DNA of 63,878 nucleotides, counting the filler, from Hyphochytrium catenoides (Eukaryota; Protista; Hyphochytriomycota): NCBI GenBank assembly GCA_900088475.1. It is 10 parts of 10 records of this genome, joined end to end, with 100 filler letters (N's around TTAATTAATTAA, not from the genome) between each part and the next. Parts side by side here need not be neighbours in the genome. Positions count along the whole stretch, not along the records: positions 11,487 to 19,597 come from FLMG01003415.1; positions 19,698 to 41,725 come from FLMG01001117.1; 8 more parts are not named here. One strand, given 5' to 3'. This document shows positions 12,344-24,460 of the stretch, piece after piece. Each line of letters begins with the position of its first letter. The stretch's first letter is position 1. A program made the translations under genes and the position numbers. The notes under the pieces were generated by a model. That model saw only the letters and a list, made by a program, of their open reading frames with translations. It had not been told where the DNA came from and did no database searches.

Positions 12344-12997
12344 CAAGAACCGCTGGTCAAGTTGCAATCAATGCCTGTGTCTCTTTGCTCTCATTCTTTC
12401 TCTTACATTTTTAGGAGATACTTCGAGGTACTGGACAAGATACTCCTGCCCCTCAGGCATCATCGTGAAGAAAGACACCACAGCGTGCGCAAAGTCGGCA
12501 AGAGTGTACATCCCAGTGACATTGCCCTAGAGAGGGATAGAGAGGGGGAGAGAGACGCAGAGACAGAGAAACAGAGAGAGAGAGAGAGTGTGTGACAGAG
12601 AGGTTAATGAGAGAGGTGACAGATAGAAAAGATGGCGCGAGAGAGAAGGACCCTCTCTTCGGAAGAGAGGAACAAGAAACATACAGTTCGCAAAAGGAAA
12701 CAGAGAGAGAAAGAGGACCAAAGGAGAGACTGGAAATGGAAGAGGAAGGAAGAGAGAAAGAGAGATAGCAGAGGACACAGAGTGGGAGAGCGAGAGAGAG
12801 TACCAAGAGAGAGAGAGAGAGTAACGATCAGGAAAGCTGCATTACCCTGGTGAACTCATAGCAGCACCAGAGCGTGACGAGCCAGATGAAGAAAGACTGC
12901 GGGATGAACTGGAGGCCAGGGAGCTCCTGAGACTCATCCACCGTCAGAAAGTGGGCCAGAAGGTCACGGAAGTAATCCGCGCGCTCCGCTCTTGACA
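11504..12997 (-). CDS. Hypothetical multi-exon membrane protein (partial, 3' end lost at spacer)
   Basis: Phase-0 GT-AG junctions link MSRAERADYFRDLLAHFLTV...FFIWLVTLWCCYEFTR | GNVTGMYTLADFAHAVVSFF...YLVQYLE | LTLALLTIHLPYHIITAFSYPFF. A further exon reads QQLWLDVRSWTGQIVWATYTMTGNYYILVYYCYE. No family recognised. Confidence 0.55.
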
Positions 12998-14142
12998 TTA
13001 TGCCAGCTCTGCTATCAGATACCCTCTCTCTTTTCTCTCTCTCTCTCCTCTCGGTTTCCTTTCTCTCTCTCTTCCTCGTGCACTTGCGGCCCACGTTCAA
13101 AGGTCGTTTGCTGCTTGAGCTGTGCTGCTGGTGATCAGTGTAAGTTTCGAACTGAGTCCTGCACCNNNNTCTCTCTCTCTCTCTCTCTCTTCTCTTGTCT
13201 ATGAGCTCTATGGCAGGCAAGCAGGAGGAGAGAGAAGAGAGAGACGACGCTTGGAACCCGCTCCGCAGCTTGATTTCCTATCTCCTGAAGCGCTCTCTGT
13301 TCCTCCTTCTACGAGTACGTCTTCTGTGGTAGAGCAGCCAGCCCACCCCCAGGACCCAATGATTGCCCCTGGGGGAGGACTGGTGTGTCTTGAAGAAGTC
13401 AAAGGTCCCACTATAAGCCCGAATCTAGAACCCAAGTGAGCCAAACGAAACTATCTACCAATACGCACCGAGTTTAGGCCAGCTTTGACCTTATGGAAAC
13501 GGCGACTCTGGCCGAGAAAAAGAAAGAATCACCTCGGGCAGTAGAAGGGGAAGCCCGAAAACCGAGTTAAAATGAGCCAGAACCCCGAATCAAAGAGGTA
13601 CTCGGCGACCGAAATCAACAGCAAAAGCTGTTAGGAAGTTACACAGTAGAAGAGCTCAAGAGCTCATCGCATCGCTGAGCTTCGGAAAGGAGACCAAGCA
13701 TCGCAGATCAAAGATCTGCCGCCGTGAGAGAGATCCAAAAGGCAAGTCAGCGACCTCAAGGGAGCTCTAATGACGAGCTCATCTGGAGAATCGTCCTAAG
13801 AACAACGAGCTGATCGCCCCATCGCCAAGAAGCTCCACAATTAACGATTCCTCTCACCACAGATCTTCTTCTAAAAGTGGGAACAGAATACCCGAGTAAC
13901 TACATCGTAGCGACAGCAAGGCTCATAACATAGCTGGGTGGGGCATAGCAAGAAAGGCACAAGCCAGAGAGCACCCAAACAGACGCTAGAAGCTCACATC
14001 CTGCCGCAGCCTCGACGGGATAAAGTAAACAACAGGATAGTGTTTATTCGGGTACTCTCTATCGAGTCCTTCATGGACAGGGTGAGACCCGCTGCATAGT
14101 CGAGCACCTCAAAGTGCACAAAAGGGTATGCCTTCGTAGATT

Positions 14143-15210
14143 CTACGCATTGCGGGAGGTAGCGACAGACCTCAAAGGTTGATGTGCTGAATGGGGCATA
14201 GTGGGAGGTAACACGTGGTTATTGAGTCCTGGTATTCGTGCCAAAACATCTCTCTCTGTGTGTTCGTGCGTTGCCTCGGTAGTATAGGTCGGCGCATTGC
14301 ACCGCTTGACCGGGTGATCGGTTGGTTTGGCGAGAAGTTGTTTGGTCTTATTGTCTTCGATGGTGGCGGCGTGTGTGCCAGTGATCGTTGGTCTAGCTTT
14401 CGTTTAGGCTGAGACTCGCTCACACCAGGATTCACTCACATAAGTATCGAGGACTGCAATCGAATCTTCCCATTGCTGGTTGCTCTTGTTAGGGTCTTCC
14501 CTGGGATCTGAATTAGCACATCTTTTGGCATTGTGGCATGAGTTTGTTGAGGGAGTTCTCCTTCATTGGCTTCGCTCGTTGGATGCTTATTTGATGCAGG
14601 TTGCCTTTAGCTCCTAGCCCATGGCCGACTGAACAAAGCGAGCCCCAAAGTCTGGGAAGAGGACTCTGTCCGGAAGTCTATGGATATAATCCGTTCATAC
14701 ATGCTACTTTTCCGCACAGGGCAAAAGAACACTGGAGGGGTATCGATGAGGTGGAGAAAGCATCAAGAGAGCGACGCCAGTGAAGAAGGGCAGTCCATCA
14801 ACAACCTCATGCCACGATGCCGAAAGAACTATTTAATAAACTAGATCCCAGCAACAAACACTGGCGAGTGGACAGAATATAGATAGGGAGAGCATCCTGG
14901 AGATACATCTAGCCACTGTGGAGCCTCACCCTAGACGAAAGCTAGACCAACAACCACTGGCACAAATCCCCTCACCATCGAAGAAAATAATTGGAAGAAG
15001 CCTGTTCCCGGCCAAAGAGCCACCACTCAGTCGACAGCACACTGTGCTAATGACCTATACTACTACCGAAGCAATCTAAGAACGGAGAAAGATGTCTTGG
15101 CTCAATGAGTAGCATGAGGACACAAGAAGCAAGCGTCACCTCCCGGCACGGCACATGCTGCTTCAGGCACAGCAGCTCTGAGGTCTGCCAATACTACGCT
15201 CACTGCGTAA
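14143..15210. repeat. Diverged long inverted repeat: arms ~14143-14588 and ~14758-15210, spacer ~170 nt
   Basis: Reverse complement of the left arm matches the right arm collinearly: gagtctcagcctaaacgaaagctagaccaacgatc vs gagcctcaccctagacgaaagctagaccaacaacc; aagcatccaacgagcgaagccaatgaag vs aagcatcaagagagcgacgccagtgaag; ctttgaggtctgtc vs ctctgaggtctgcc. Confidence 0.85.
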
Positions 15211-15972
15211 GATCATGATTGCTTAGTCGTGGGTTGCTTGTCTACATGGTCTATATACTGAGTATGTGATTCCTTCTGAGAAGATGCATCAATGAATTCT
15301 GTCCAAGGTTCATTTTGTTTGGGAAGGAGGAGTGTCATTCACAGATGTACCTTCCTTATTCAACCCTCTTACTGAGTTCATTGAGCATGGATGGCACCTG
15401 CCATTGAAGTTAGACAGGGAAGCTGATGCTTGGTAATCGAGAATGGGCTTTGAGAGCCAAGGACACGATCTCACCCTGCGTGCTCCGAGGGAGAGCTTTA
15501 GGCTTGGAACCGCGATGAGAGCTCAGGCTCAGTCAAGCAAAGTAGCGCTGGTGGAGTTTGGTCGAGTATATATTTGCTTGAGCGCCACAAGGGCCTCCTC
15601 AGAAGCGTCCAAGAGGCAGCCGAGGACATCTGTCATATAAACTATTGAGATCCAACACAATTAGACTAAGCTGTAGGAGCTTCGCTCTTGCATACAGAGG
15701 GCATCCTTGACACAGCTTGTAGATGGGCAGATGTATATCATCGGTCAGGGCCGTGTAGGGGACGACGACTGAGGATATGTGTGCATGGCAGAATCAGATG
15801 ATAGTGCATCAGGCTTTAGGTTTACGAGTTAGATTGGTATGCACAATGCAGTTAGGGACCCTGCCTTTCATCAAGTGCTCTGAGGAGATCTCTCGCTGGC
15901 TTTCTGCTGAGTTCAGATTATCCTCTTGTGCTGCGGGAACTCTCATTCTATAAAATAGCAGCGTTCAGAGGC

Positions 15973-17106
15973 TCATGACTCTTCCTTTGCAGGCGGAAGA
16001 ATGAAGTAGGGCTTGTCTTCCTCACTCAACTCAGGCTCTTGGAACTTCCATCCTGGAGGTTTCTCCAACTTCTTCGGGTCACAAATGCTACTCTTTCGGC
16101 TCTCAACGTGCTTGTAAATAAGTGAGCTTAACGGCTGAGGAAGATCAAAGAGCTTAAAGTCCCTTGATTGCTCGCGCTGTGAAGGCACTCCATTTGAGCC
16201 ACGGTAGATCCCCAGGTGCTCGCCCATGCTTGGCGTGGTAGTGTAGAGCTTGCGGTCTGTCCATCTAATGTAATCGCCCCACACAAAGTCAAAGGCAGGG
16301 TCATTGTTGGGCGCCATCCGTACATTGCACTTGATCTCAGAAAGGAGTCGTCTCGTCACGACATTCAGTGCACCGCCCACTGAGAGCTTCTCACAGAGCT
16401 CTCCTTCGCATTCCCCAATCCCATGCGAACAGCTATTATACAGCGTCAACTGGCCATCTGTCTTGTTCATGTTCCGCACCAGCACAGGGATCCAGTCCGG
16501 ATGAAGAATGGTGTCTGAGTCAGCCACCACGCAGATATCATAGTCCGTAGCGGCGCAGTCAGCTTGAAAGAGAAAAGTGATGCCAGCCCCACGCAGACCA
16601 GATGGCTCCTTGAGCATGATAAACCTCTCAGCCATATCGAACCGCTGCCTGAGTCTATCGCTTGAAGGCTGGTCTGAAGCGTCATCATAGACTCGAACGT
16701 GGACGTAAGGCTTCCACTCCGGATTCCGTTCTAGGGAGTACTTGAGCGCTTGGACGAACGTTTCCTGGTAAGGTTCTCTGTTCCGTACGAGAGCTCCTAC
16801 GAGAATGTGTGGTTTATCTGTGGAAAGGACTGGACGCTCTGTGCCTTTCCTTCCGACCGGACAGGTCAAAGGCCAGTTGATCTCCTTGTGGGGAGGCTTT
16901 GTGTCTCGTAGACGAACAGGCGGAAGAGCAAGCAAGTCTTTATCATCCCACTCTCCTCTCCTCGCTGCTAGTAGCTCTTCCTGTCGAAAGATCATTTTTT
17001 CTCCCCTTCGATAGTCCTGCAGGGAGGAGAACAGCCCCAGCAGAACGACGACCATAACCAGGAGAGCCACCAAGCCCACGACCAAGAGTGGCGGACGTCG
17101 ATTCAT
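15973..17106 (-). CDS. Type II membrane glycosyltransferase, GT-A fold (GT2-like), intronless, 377 aa
   Basis: N-terminal TM anchor and stem; ILVGALVRNR; VRVYDDAS; DxD motif ICVVADSDTILHPDW; FDFVW; TTPSMGEHLG. Confidence 0.8.
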   Translation of the reverse strand: MNRRPPLLVVGLVALLVMVVVLLGLFSSLQDYRRGEKMIFRQEELLAARRGEWDDKDLLALPPVRLRDTKPPHKEINWPLTCPVGRKGTERPVLSTDKPHILVGALVRNREPYQETFVQALKYSLERNPEWKPYVHVRVYDDASDQPSSDRLRQRFDMAERFIMLKEPSGLRGAGITFLFQADCAATDYDICVVADSDTILHPDWIPVLVRNMNKTDGQLTLYNSCSHGIGECEGELCEKLSVGGALNVVTRRLLSEIKCNVRMAPNNDPAFDFVWGDYIRWTDRKLYTTTPSMGEHLGIYRGSNGVPSQREQSRDFKLFDLPQPLSSLIYKHVESRKSSICDPKKLEKPPGWKFQEPELSEEDKPYFILPPAKEES

Positions 17107-18410
17107 CTTTGAATTGCGGGTACGCGCCCTGCGGTCACGATATCTAGGCCGCTGATCTTCGGGATCCTTCGCTTACTGCTCCTCCTCCTCCTCCCTCTCC
17201 ATGCAACAGGAGTTCCGAGCAAGGTTCAAAGACGTTCTCGGCTACCTGCTTCAGCGCACTCGCTCAAGACCTCTTTCCTACTACCGGACCGAGGAAGAAG
17301 CACGTACTGCTACGCGGTCACATCGAAAAGGCGTGTTGGCGAGCGCGGATGGAAAAGAGGAGAAGAAGAGCCAAGCCGTTCATCCATCAGATCTCTCTCT
17401 TCTGCAGCAGCGACCTCTTCCTCTGGAGATCTCTAAGGTTAGAACGGCACGGACGATAGCCAAAATCTCCACAGCAAGCCACCAAGAACCGTTGTTCCTT
17501 GGTCTTCATCTCTGGGCGAAGAGAAAAGGTCAAGACCAGCGCCACAGGAGGAGGATCAGATCACAAGCAGCTACTAATAATTTGATTTTCTTCACTTCCC
17601 AGTACTCGTAGCAGATTTTGCGATTTGTCCTGTCTTATTCCGAATTCCAAGGACTCAGAACTCAGCTCTCCAGGATTCTGTACTGTTCTAGTTCCTGTGC
17701 ATGTACCCTTAAAGGCGGGTAGCAAAGGTGTTGTACAGCTACAGTAATTCGGTTTGTACTTTGTTACATTTCGGGTAGGTCCAAGTTAGTTTCGGAGTTT
17801 CTGCCACTTGGGCAGGTGAATGATCTTATGATCATGATCTGAGAGACAGAGAGACGAACGAGAGAGAGAGAGAGAGAGAGAGAGANNNNNNNNNNNNNNN
17901 NNNNNNNNNNNNNNNNNNNNNNNNNNNNNNNNNNGAGAGAGAGAGTGCGTGCGAGAGCGAGCGCAGGAGAAGGGGGAGAAGAGAGAGAGACAGAGAGCGA
18001 GTCAGACAGAGTGAGGGAGAGAGCAAAAGATAGATTCATAGATAAGATAGATAGAACTACATCAAGAGAGAGACGCAGAAAGAGAGAGAGATGGACAAAG
18101 AGAGAGAAAGAGAGAAGAGGGACAGAGGAAGAGAAGCTGGACGAAACAAAGCAAAGCGAAGAGGCAAGACGATCCTAGATAATAACGACCGACCAAGAAC
18201 TCCAGAAAGCTGAGAGCTCAAGAGTAAACAAAGGGGAGAGCGCCGCGGGAGACAAGTGAGGCAAGGGCGCGGAGGAGAGAGACACGACGGGAAGAGAGAG
18301 AGAGAGAGAGCGACAGGAGAGAGCATTAGAAGGAAAGTACGAGGAAGAGCTAGAGCTCTCAAAGGGAGGAGAGTGAGAAGCAGGCCAATGACGGGAGAGA
18401 GCAGGAGAGA

Positions 18411-18629
18411 ATGAAGTCTAGAGAATCATCTCGCTGCGTTGACATCGAGGAAATAGGCAAGAGCAACCTCGTGCACTCTCGTTCCCTCTCCACGCTCAAT
18501 GGCTGTTTCCCCTTGCTTCAGGGTTCATCTCTGCTTAGTCTCTCCCTCTCTCTCTCCTTCTCTCCTCTGTGAATCCCTATTCTCATTATCCACTTTTCGC
18601 CCTTCTTTCTCTCGTTCTCTTTCTCTCTT

Positions 18630-18682
<53 letters not shown>

Positions 18683-18997
18683 TTTTTTTGTGTGTGTGTG
18701 TCTCTCTCTTTCCCCGTCGTCTCTCCTTTCTCTAGCACCGCGCTCTCTCTCTTGGTTTCCTATCTCCTGTTTCTCTTCTCACTGACAGACGACGATACAG
18801 AGCAACTGAAGGCACAAGGCAACAAGGCTTTCTCGGAGAAGAGATATGACGTGGCAGAGAGATTCTATACTGAAGCCATAGAAAAGGATCCTCTGAACCA
18901 TGTAAGGTTCGCACTTCTTTGCTTCCTCACTCTCTCTCTTGCTCAGTCTCTCTCGGTCTCTCTCTCTCTCGCGCGCGTGTTCCCTCTCTGCCCCGCT

Positions 18998-19029
<32 letters not shown>

Positions 19030-19594
19030 TCTCTTTCTCTCTGTTTTTCTTTCTCTTTCTTGCTCGCTAGCGCTGCCTTTCTCCTGATCTCCGCGATATT
19101 CTCGTCTCTCTTCCTCCTCCTTTCTTGTTGACCAAACCTTGTTTAATGTGGCAAAACCTTTCGCCACAATTGTCTTCTCGTCCATCTCATACTTTTCTCT
19201 CCATCCCAATCTCAGTTCGTCCCAAATGGTGGCGCTCTCTCACTCCCTCTCTCTCTCTGACTATCGCTCTCTCTCTCTGACTCTCTCTCTCTCTCTCTCT
19301 GACTATCTCCCTCTCTCTCTCTCTCTCTCTTCCTATCTTTCTTTCTCTCTGACACACAATCTTCCCTCTCTCTCTCTCTCTCTCTCACACCACACCCCAT
19401 CGTGTCTGTCTTTCTCTCTCTTTTTCTGGGCCTCTTTCTCGGTGTCTCTCTCCTCTCGCTCCGCTCTCTGTACTCGCTCTACCCTCAGGTCTTGTACTCA
19501 AACAGATCTAACGCACGGTATCATCTTAAGAAACTGGACGGAGCGCTCCACGATGCGGAGAAGGGAGTCGAGCTGTGTGATGCTTGGGCCAAGG
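18411..19594 (+). CDS. TPR protein (STI1/Hop-type carboxylate-clamp TPR), partial
   Basis: Exon ~18789-18901 EQLKAQGNKAFSEKRYDVAERFYTEAIEKDPLNH and exon ~19489-19593 VLYSNRSNARYHLKKLDGALHDAEKGVELCDAWAK. Candidate first exon 18411-18456 MKSRESSRCVDIEEI. Truncated by spacer. Confidence 0.85.
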
Positions 19595-21619
19595 TTGNNN
19601 NNNNNNNNNNNNNNNNNNNNNNNNNNNNNNNNNNNNNNNNNTTAATTAATTAANNNNNNNNNNNNNNNNNNNNNNNNNNNNNNNNNNNNNNNNNNNNAGC
19701 AATGAAGAAGAAGACTGAGGAAGAGATCGTTAGGGCTATCAACGATTCCCGGAATGTCAATACTGCTTTGCATCTGTCACCTCAGCCTTGGACGCTGGCT
19801 GATCTGAAGGAGGCAATCCTGTCACAGGAGAACGTAAACGCCTTCGTGAGCCTTCCTATCACTGCGGACTTCTGGTGGAGAAACAAAGTCGTTTGCGTGC
19901 TCGAGGATCTTGGTGTGGCGAATGGAGATGGACTTGCTGTGCGGGCAGCCGAATGGACCTAGGATGTCAGGAGAAAAACGTCATGAGTATGCCATGCGGA
20001 AGATGTGGATTGTGGCTTCTTCCAGAGNNNNNNNNNNNNNNNNNNNNNNNNNNNNNNNNNNNNNNNNNNNGATATGTATAAGGATGAATGGGAGTGTTGC
20101 AGGGCACATGGCTTAAACGCGACTGGCTGTCTAGTTGGTGAACACAACTTTGACGGGAAAAGAATGGCCATCATGCGAAAGAGCTCGGACTCCTGGTGGT
20201 AAGTAATGGACCGACGATTAGGTTGCCCTTCCTCAAGTGGTAGCCCCGTAGCACTCCAGCAAAAAGGGCACCCCTTATGGTGAATAAGACGGACCCTCAA
20301 GAGCCGATGCAGAAGGAAGTATTGCGAATAGGTCGTCTTCACCTTCATGCTAAAAGATAACGGCGATTGGTGGAAGGTGACTGAATGATCCAAGTTGGAA
20401 GCTGTGACGACTGCTACTCTTTCCAGGTAGCAACATGAGCAAGCCAATCATATAACCCCAAACGCTAGAAAAGAAAAGTTAGAGATCTCAATTTTCCATA
20501 TAAACCGTGGAACCTCCTGGCTCCTCTTCAGAAGAACGGAGCTGATATATCTTCGCCTAGCAATTCGTAATCTCTATTGTTAGCGCTTTCTATTTATGTT
20601 AAGCCGTCCTTGCCCCGTCCTCACAGTGTTCGCCCTGGAAGCACGGAGCACGCAAGAGGGATATCTGGTGCCAGCCCGTTCTTCTCAAACCGGCGGCCCT
20701 GCTTTTATAACATCTTTATTATCCCTTTCTTGTCCACCAACAAAGCTTAGCGCTAGAGAAATCTTCTGGCTGTAAGATATCCTACTTATGAAAACAACCA
20801 GAAGTAGAGGCAGATAGGGCGAGAGAGGGAGTGCACAAGGAGAGATTGTCCAAGTTGGAAAAAGAGATGGAAATTACCAGAACAAGCGCTCGATCTCACA
20901 GCCAGATGACAAGACAGGGAAATAGAAGGAGTTTGGAAAGGGGACAGACAGCGAAACGAAGAAGAAGAGCGAGCAGGATTAGAGGCGTGGATAAGGGGAG
21001 AGCGATGGAGAGGGTAGATGGAGGTCAGAAGGTGATAGCGAGCGTTGATCAAATTGGAGCCAAACGCAAGAGCAATACAGCGAATAGCTGTTGTTTGGAG
21101 AGCAATAAAGCAAGAAATAGGGAAGGAAAGACAGATAAGGGGCCGTCAGAAAGCAGAAAAGAGAAGAGAGAGTCTGTACTACCCTACCTGGGAAGGTGTA
21201 TGGACAGAAGAAGAAGAAGAAGCGGGTGGCGTGTGGAGATAGTCGCGACCGTAGCTTCTGATGGCTGTGACAAGACAGTCGTTTAACGTGCGCAAGAAAG
21301 AAGAGTAAGTTCTTCCTCCTAACGTAGTGCCTTACTTTAGATACAATGCAATCGATCTGCTATTATGCTTAGGTAGTCCTACGATACCTATTCTCCTATC
21401 GCTGTGTCGTCGTCCATCTCTGCCGAGAAGAGGATGAGTGTTAAGTTTTGACTGCATGTATGACATCAAAGTTATTCTTCTGGCGACGGGTCCCCCTTTG
21501 GTCGTGGTTGGGCTGCTAAACACCAAGAGACAGAAGGGAGAAGCTGTAGAGGATGGACAGCTGCGTTATTAATGCTACCTCGCATCTTTTTCCTGCTTCT
21601 CCATCCGCTCCTTCTTGTT

Positions 21620-22105
21620 TTATACGCGGAACTTGTAGTTGGCGCCATATTTGCTATCCCACTTCTTTTCCTCATTGAATAGTGCGACCTCTACGTCCCA
21701 AGCGTTGGGCTGTCTGTTCTGGTCGAAAGCATAAAAGAAGAGCGCCTTCTCCTCTTCAGGGGCTTCCTGATAGTTCCAGCAGCAAGTTACATTCCGGAGA
21801 TTTCCAAGAGATATGTACTCATAGTTTCCATTATTGGTCAGCTTGAAGGTGCCAGAGCGAGAGTTGAGCTTGACCCATGCATTGACGTTTCCAGGAGTCT
21901 CGTTGTGCAGATACCCATTGTATTGGACAGACAGATGAGGGACTAAACCACCCTTGTTGATGGCGCAAACCTGCACAGGGCCATCCTCCTTGCAATCGAA
22001 TTGCGTGGGATAGTTGGGAGGGTAGTTGGAGGCGTCCACAGAGGATGTGGACAGCGTGGTGAAGACGGCAGCGGCCGTAACAGCAAGAACTCTTAGGAGA
22101 GCCAT
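21620..22105 (-). CDS. Secreted 161-aa protein, paralog A (unknown family; C-terminal WDSKYGANYKF motif)
   Basis: Intact intronless ORF with signal peptide and 4 Cys; collinear without indels with the ORF at 26220-26705. Confidence 0.9.
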   Translation of the reverse strand: MALLRVLAVTAAAVFTTLSTSSVDASNYPPNYPTQFDCKEDGPVQVCAINKGGLVPHLSVQYNGYLHNETPGNVNAWVKLNSRSGTFKLTNNGNYEYISLGNLRNVTCCWNYQEAPEEEKALFFYAFDQNRQPNAWDVEVALFNEEKKWDSKYGANYKFRV

Positions 22106-23699
22106 TCTTCAGAGGAGAGTATGGTTTGCTAGGATTCTCGAGATCGTTAAGTGGAGCCAACTTGGATGTTCTTGATGGGCATTGGGACAATGTTCGAATG
22201 ATGAACTTCTTTGGAAGTGTGTCCGGTCCACTCACATAGTCACCATCGAGGGAGACGGCAGAAGCAGTGCAATGCCTCCATAAGGGAGAGAGGTGGCGAG
22301 GTAACCGGGACCTGAGGATGTCAGAATGTGGAACGACGGCTTTGTCTGGATCGACGGCAACAAAGGAAGATGGAAGAATTAGCTCGTGGCCAGCCGGAGT
22401 AGGCTGAGAAGAGGAATGCTTTGAACTGTTACGACGAGGGACAAGGGACAGTTTGATGCTAGACATCGAGCAGAGTCGTTGGGATATTGTATTCAACCTC
22501 TATAGATCAGGGCTCTACTCTCTCTGGCGCCGGAGGGTTGTCAGCCATTTTACCGTTTAGGATGTTCGGAGGTACAAATAACGAAGACGAAGACGAATAG
22601 AGCGCGGAGGGCAATCCCACCCACAACATGAACGCCGGAACCCCGTAGCAGTAGAAGCGAAAGCCTTCTTATATAATACATGGGACCAGCTCAGTAACGG
22701 AAGATGGTACTTGGAGAGCACAAAATTTTCGGTGGCTGTCCTCTCCTCTTCGTCGCTTTCCTTCATGATCCGCCGTTGCTGCTCGCCTATTCGAATAGCA
22801 GGCGGCCCTGACACGGTCGTGGTAGCTCCCAAAAGGGTGTGATCCATCGTAGGAACATAATCAGTTTCCGCCCCTGCAAACTCCCAGGTTCACGACGTCA
22901 CCTCCTCCTGGTGCGTCACCTTTGCTGGCTCTTCTTTGTCTTAGACGGAGGACCAAGGGGGGTTGTTTCGGCTTTATCATTGACTAGCTGATAAGCAAGT
23001 ATTCGACTGACGGTGGACCAAGAATGAAGAACATGATAGACTAGAAGAAGAGAAGACAGAAGAGACAGCAGAGCAAGAATGATCGATGAAGGATTGGAGA
23101 GATAATAAAGCTACAGAGCACTACGATGTAAAAGTGCTCGAAGTGAATAGCCACTATGAGGAAAGAACAGCCACACTCCCTCTCCGTCGCCTCCGTTATC
23201 CGTGTCAAGATGTGTGTTGTCGTAAACCGCGAGCGCAGTTGAGTCTGAAACGTGAGCTGAGAAGAGAACCGCCAGCCATGAACCGACACACTCCCCTCAT
23301 TTGAACCCTTTGGACTCCGCTTCAACTTCATCAGAACAGGCACTTCAGAACAGGCAAGAACAACAACCCATGTGCTGTCAAACAGACTGCCATGCTGCCA
23401 TGGTAAAGGTAGAATGGACAACGAAGTATAATTCCTCCTCCCTCCTGCCCTTGTTGGACATTGCTTCAAGGTTCGGAGTTGCGGGAGGATGAACCGAGGC
23501 ACTCATTTATCAGACAGAAGAGGTACCTGTTGAACGTGAGTAGGTAAGTGATGTTCAATTATAATCTTTCCTTCTCTTCTCGCCACCTCTGCCTTAAATA
23601 TAGAGGCCCATCATCCCATCCTTCCTTCCCCATCTCTTCTCCATCTCGTAGATACGATCATCGCACTGTAGAACTATCCCCTACTACTCACGACTCAGC

Positions 23700-24460
23700 C
23701 TGTTGAGTAATGCCATGTTTTATGCCCCTTCCTCGGATTTTGTCTATCGTCCAAAGCCTTCTGGCTTTCTTCTTCACAAGCTCCTCCCTGCCATCTAACT
23801 CCTCCCTCTTCTCTCATATCATCCCAGCCTGAGCTTCTTGATGATAACTCATCTACGCTCTTCTCTCTTTCTCATTTCTTCTCCGTTAACTCCTCACCCG
23901 CACCTGAGGAGGTTTCTTTCAAATGTGTGGTGGCTGCTGGGTGGACGTGACCACACAGGAATGTTCATGACGACATGTATCTTCTCTTCTCTCTTCCTGT
24001 GCCTCCATGAAGCTCAAACACTGATGACAAGCTCTCAACAAAGATCAGGGAATGGATGGCTCTTTGGACAGGTCAGAATGCCCTGGTGGTGGTGGAAGGT
24101 GTGATGAATCTTATCTGACTCTGTCTTTCCACTCACCGATTGTCTATTAGGGTTATCTTTATCTCATATGCCCTCTGTTTGGTCATGTCCCTGTGTGTGT
24201 GTATGTCCATTACAAGGTCCTTTCGCTCTGTGTGGTTCATCCCCCCAGGCCCAAGACACTCCCATCCCTGCTCGTTTGACCCACCCACTCACACCTTGGC
24301 TCCAACATAAAGAGCTGAGAGTTCTTATCATACGATTAACCCTACCCACAAACCGTTTCTCCTGCGCCATTTGCAATGATGCCACATATCTTACATGGAG
24401 ATGAAGGGTGGGTGGGCAGGCCTTTATAGCTGTTGGACTACGAGACATGTAACCTTCCCT
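23700..24460 (+). mobile_element. Degenerate non-LTR retrotransposon C-terminal remnant (restriction-like-endonuclease/CRE-like)
   Basis: Stop-interrupted translation SGNGWLFGQVRMP...ILSDSVF...CLLGLSLSHMPSVWSCPC...QGPFALCG resembles the GAWL..P / L.D..F..LRLGL / Cys-knuckle succession of such elements. Recognition by eye only. Confidence 0.3.

Larger units (their letters stand above)
290..13190. repeat. Dense (GA)n/(CT)n microsatellite tracts in introns and flanks (also ~17850-19480, 32740-33380, 52100-52300, 56930-59400, 61400-63760)
   Basis: Directly visible; most short internal N gaps fall within these tracts. Confidence 0.97.

Noticed and set aside
17201-17611. 136-aa ORF divergent from the glycosyltransferase
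   Set aside because: No recognisable motif or splice support; probably promoter/UTR sequence.
19702-20450. In-frame TAG/TGA suggesting an alternative genetic code
   Set aside because: Conserved genes read through without internal stops and end in TAA, TAG or TGA; this stretch is more likely decayed sequence of unknown origin.
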